A stretch of 20,000 nt of DNA, taken from IMG/VR virus record IMGVR_UViG_3300037743_000227. One strand, written 5' to 3'. Positions 17,597-20,000 of the stretch are shown piece by piece (position 1 is the first letter of the stretch; every line of letters begins with the position of its first letter). Made by a program: the position numbers and the translations under genes. Origin of the DNA: an uncultured virus (IMG/VR IMGVR_UViG_3300037743_000227) (taxonomy: Duplodnaviria > Heunggongvirae > Uroviricota > Caudoviricetes). The notes beneath the pieces were generated by a model. It worked only from the letters and a program-made list of their open reading frames with translations, was not told the DNA's origin and did no database searches.

Positions 17597-17673
17597 CGGA
17601 TGCCGAGCGGAAGAAGCTGTCCGAGAAGGTCCGTGAGGTCAACAAGCGCAGCGAGTCCCGGCCGCGCGGTTAG
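17593..17673 (+). CDS. Small basic peptide, 26 aa
   Basis: GTGA overlap; MTDAERKKLSEKVREVNKRSESRPRG; high GC3. Confidence 0.45.
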   Translation: MTDAERKKLSEKVREVNKRSESRPRG

Positions 17674-17685
17674 CCCCCCCCATGC

Positions 17686-17735
17686 GCCGCGGGCTGGCGG
17701 ATGTTCCGGTTCCCCCCGTCCCGCCAGCCCGCGGC
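17686..17735. terminator. 15-bp perfect inverted repeat (attenuator or processing hairpin)
   Basis: GCCGCGGGCTGGCGG-N20-CCGCCAGCCCGCGGC. Confidence 0.55.
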
Positions 17736-17794
17736 TTCCCACCCCTGCTTCACCCCCACCAGTTCCTGTGACCTTGAAAGGGTCTGTGATCCAC

Positions 17795-18004
17795 ATGTCT
17801 CCGTTTCTGCTCTCTGCCGACCACGCCACCGTGACGGGCGGCGTGGACCGCGCCTTGACTCTGGTCCCGACGGCGCTGTCGATCTCAGACCTGTTCGCCG
17901 AGTACGCCGCCGCGAGCAGGGCCCGGCGGGCGGAGATCCGCCTCGCCGCTGACCCGGAGCTGCTGGCCGAGTTGGACGGCTTCGACTACCCGGCCGCCGC
18001 CTGA
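17795..18004 (+). CDS. Hypothetical protein, 69 aa
   Basis: GAAAGG upstream, ATG at 17795. Confidence 0.65.
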   Translation: MSPFLLSADHATVTGGVDRALTLVPTALSISDLFAEYAAASRARRAEIRLAADPELLAELDGFDYPAAA

Positions 18005-18056
18005 CCCCCGATCGGCCGTGGCGGCGGCACATCCCCCAGTCGCCCCCACGGCGCCA

Positions 18057-18104
18057 GCCCCGGCATCCAGCCGCAAGGGCGCGGGATCGACTCCCGCCCG
18101 GGGC
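18057..18104 (+). ncRNA. tRNA-like mini-structure (acceptor stem + T-arm only)
   Basis: 7-bp stem GCCCCGG/CCGGGGC stacked on GCGGG-ATCGACT-CCCGC. Confidence 0.5.
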
Positions 18105-18142
18105 GCGCACCACACCATCCACCGAACTGAGAGGAGCCCGAC

Positions 18143-18346
18143 ATGGGCTGGAAGAAGACCGCCGAGGAGAAGGCCGCGATCGCCGACATGAAGGCCGCGG
18201 ACAAGGCGCTCAACGACAACAGCGACCGCGAGTTCAAGGCCGGGATCCGGGACGAGACCCCGGAGTACCAGCGTCTGAACACGGCCGCGAACGAGGCTGC
18301 CGCGAAGGTCGGCTTCTGGCGTGGCGGCACCAAGAAGAAGCGCTGA
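18143..18346 (+). CDS. Hypothetical protein
   Basis: GAGGAG RBS, high GC3. Confidence 0.8.
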   Translation: MGWKKTAEEKAAIADMKAADKALNDNSDREFKAGIRDETPEYQRLNTAANEAAAKVGFWRGGTKKKR

Positions 18347-18382
18347 CCGGCTGACCACCCCGACCCCCGTGAGGAGCCCGTT

Positions 18383-18679
18383 GTGCACGCCTATCTGATC
18401 ACTGCGAAGCCTGGCCGGTGGCAGCGTGCCGCCTGCTGGGTGGGCCGGTGGGCGCTGCGGGCCCTCGCCCTGGCCGTCATGTGCTCGCTCGGGGCGGTCG
18501 TGTTCGCCGTCCGCTGCACGCGCCCGGTCGTCAACTACCTGGCCTCCCGGGCGGCGTGGCTGGAGCTGTGGGCCGCTTCGGTGACCGGGATCGGCCCGGT
18601 CGGGGCGGCTGTGGGCTCTGGTCTGACCGACGAGTTTGTCCGCGAATTCCACAAGGCGCGCACCGGCGCGCCCGCCTGA
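18383..18679 (+). CDS. Hypothetical membrane protein
   Basis: GAGGAG RBS; hydrophobic ALALAVMCSLGAVVFAV. Confidence 0.75.
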   Translation: MHAYLITAKPGRWQRAACWVGRWALRALALAVMCSLGAVVFAVRCTRPVVNYLASRAAWLELWAASVTGIGPVGAAVGSGLTDEFVREFHKARTGAPA

Positions 18680-18691
18680 GAGGAGCCCGCC

Positions 18692-18925
18692 ATGGGCCTG
18701 TTCACCCCCAAGTATCCGAAGTCCGACACCCCCGGAGCCGCCCCCGCTCCGGCACCGCACGGCATGACCGACAGCCAGATCCGCAGCCTCGCAAGGCAGT
18801 CCGGAGTCACTGTCGACATCCGCGACAACACCGCCAAGGTCACCGTCGACGAATGGGATACGGACGCCCGCATCACCAGCCAGGTCTACGTCAAGCAGTC
18901 CGACGGCAGTTGGGCGGCGGGCTGA
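18692..18925 (+). CDS. Hypothetical protein
   Basis: GAGGAG RBS; coupled to next gene. Confidence 0.75.
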   Translation: MGLFTPKYPKSDTPGAAPAPAPHGMTDSQIRSLARQSGVTVDIRDNTAKVTVDEWDTDARITSQVYVKQSDGSWAAG

Positions 18926-19128
18926 TGCCGATCACGTTCCGTAAGAGCTTCCGGATCCTGCCCGGGGTCCGCCTCAACATCAACCGGCGCTCCTGGTCGG
19001 TGACGTTGGGCGGCCGGAACGGGCCGAAGTACACGCGCAGTTCCACCGGCCGCGACACCACCTCCATGGATCTACCCGGCCCGTTCGGCTGGCGATCCAC
19101 CCGCACACGGCGACGGGCGGGGGAGTGA
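18925..19128 (+). CDS. DUF4236 domain protein
   Basis: MPITFRKSFRILPGVRLNINRRSWSVTLG..TRSSTGR..DLPGPFGWR. Confidence 0.8.
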   Translation: MPITFRKSFRILPGVRLNINRRSWSVTLGGRNGPKYTRSSTGRDTTSMDLPGPFGWRSTRTRRRAGE

Positions 19129-19129
19129 C

Positions 19130-19330
19130 ATGCGAACCGTTGCCGCGATCGCGTGGCTGATGGCCGCCGACCTGGCGCTTGCGATCTACACCCGCAGCCC
19201 TGGCGCCACCGACAAGACCCTGCTCTTCCGCTGCCTCAACTCGGCGGTCGCCCGAGCCGACGCCAACCCCCACCTGCCCGCCCGATACCGCGACCCCCGC
19301 GACGTAGCCGACACCGCCCGCGGCATCTGA
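19130..19330 (+). CDS. Hypothetical protein with hydrophobic N-terminus
   Basis: GGGAG RBS, ATG at 19130. Confidence 0.6.
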   Translation: MRTVAAIAWLMAADLALAIYTRSPGATDKTLLFRCLNSAVARADANPHLPARYRDPRDVADTARGI

Positions 19331-19349
19331 ACCGAAAGGACCGAACGTC

Positions 19350-20000
19350 ATGACCGCCAGCCCGCCCCAGGTCAACGGCAGCACCCGGCCGCCCATGCCC
19401 GTCTTTGGGGAATGGCGGCCCATCACCCCCGACCCTGAGCCCGTCGAGGAGGAGCGCAGCCCTGAGCCGGCCGCCGTCGAGATGCCGGACGAGGTCGCCA
19501 AGGCGCAGGCTGAGGCGATCCGAGCCCAGGCCTGGGTCGACGCTGAGGCCAAGCGCATCGCCGCAGAGGCCGCAGCGAAGGCCGACCTCGTCAAGGCCGA
19601 GGAGGAAGCACGCAGGCTGCGCCTCGCCAACGACCGGCAGGAGCGCAAGGACCGCGAAGCCGCCGCCGCATCCGAGGCGAAGATCGCCGAGTCCAACCGG
19701 CAGCGCGACGAAGCCGACCGCGGTCGCCAGAAGGATCAGCAGCAGGCGGACGAGCAGCAGCAGAGCGAAGCAGCAACCGCGAAGGAGATCGCCGACGCCG
19801 ACGACAAGTGGCGGGCCTACGCGATCCGTTTCGCCGTCGTCTGTGGCATCGTCTCGCTGCCCGTTCAGATGTCGTTCTTCTGGAACCCGCAGGCGCCGTG
19901 GATGGCAGCCGCTCCGGTGATGCTGGAAGGTGCCGCCTGGGTCGTCCACCGCGGGGCCCGCGCCGCCGCCGTGAGTAAGCGGCCGGTGTGGCACTACCGG
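19350..20000 (+). CDS. Coiled-coil + multi-TM protein, SpdB/DUF2637-like (runs off window)
   Basis: GAAAGGA RBS; open from ATG at 19350 to the end; long Ala/Glu coiled coil, then WRAYAIRFAVVCGIVSLPVQMSFFW..AAAPVMLEGAAWVV. Confidence 0.7.
   Translation, partial: MTASPPQVNGSTRPPMPVFGEWRPITPDPEPVEEERSPEPAAVEMPDEVAKAQAEAIRAQAWVDAEAKRIAAEAAAKADLVKAEEEARRLRLANDRQERKDREAAAASEAKIAESNRQRDEADRGRQKDQQQADEQQQSEAATAKEIADADDKWRAYAIRFAVVCGIVSLPVQMSFFWNPQAPWMAAAPVMLEGAAWVVHRGARAAAVSKRPVWHYR

Overview
High-GC DNA (Streptomyces-like) from a temperate phage or integrated element; no core housekeeping genes. 1-12.4 kb (+) is an early/replication region: the end of a C5 DNA methyltransferase, an orphan Phd/YefM antitoxin, an HNH nuclease, an initiator with internal iterons, a DnaC-like loader, DnaB, a DUF5131 (Gp37/Gp68) protein with an in-frame HNH insertion, many small coupled ORFs and a Thg1-like 3'-5' nucleotidyltransferase. 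After a structured ~590-bp non-coding stretch, 13-16.6 kb (-) holds an HNH gene, a DUF6907-like gene, a GIY-YIG/GntR fusion, a KorSA-like GntR-UTRA repressor and a UTRA-only protein. From 16.7 kb (+) a divergent operon starts with an excisionase-like HTH and ends in an SpdB/DUF2637-like membrane protein, resembling an actinomycete conjugative element. Main leads: a phage-replicon/conjugative hybrid, the Thg1-like gene plus tRNA-like mini-structures, a twin-hairpin antisense RNA switch and a non-splicing HNH insertion. All family calls are from motif recognition only; no searches were run.
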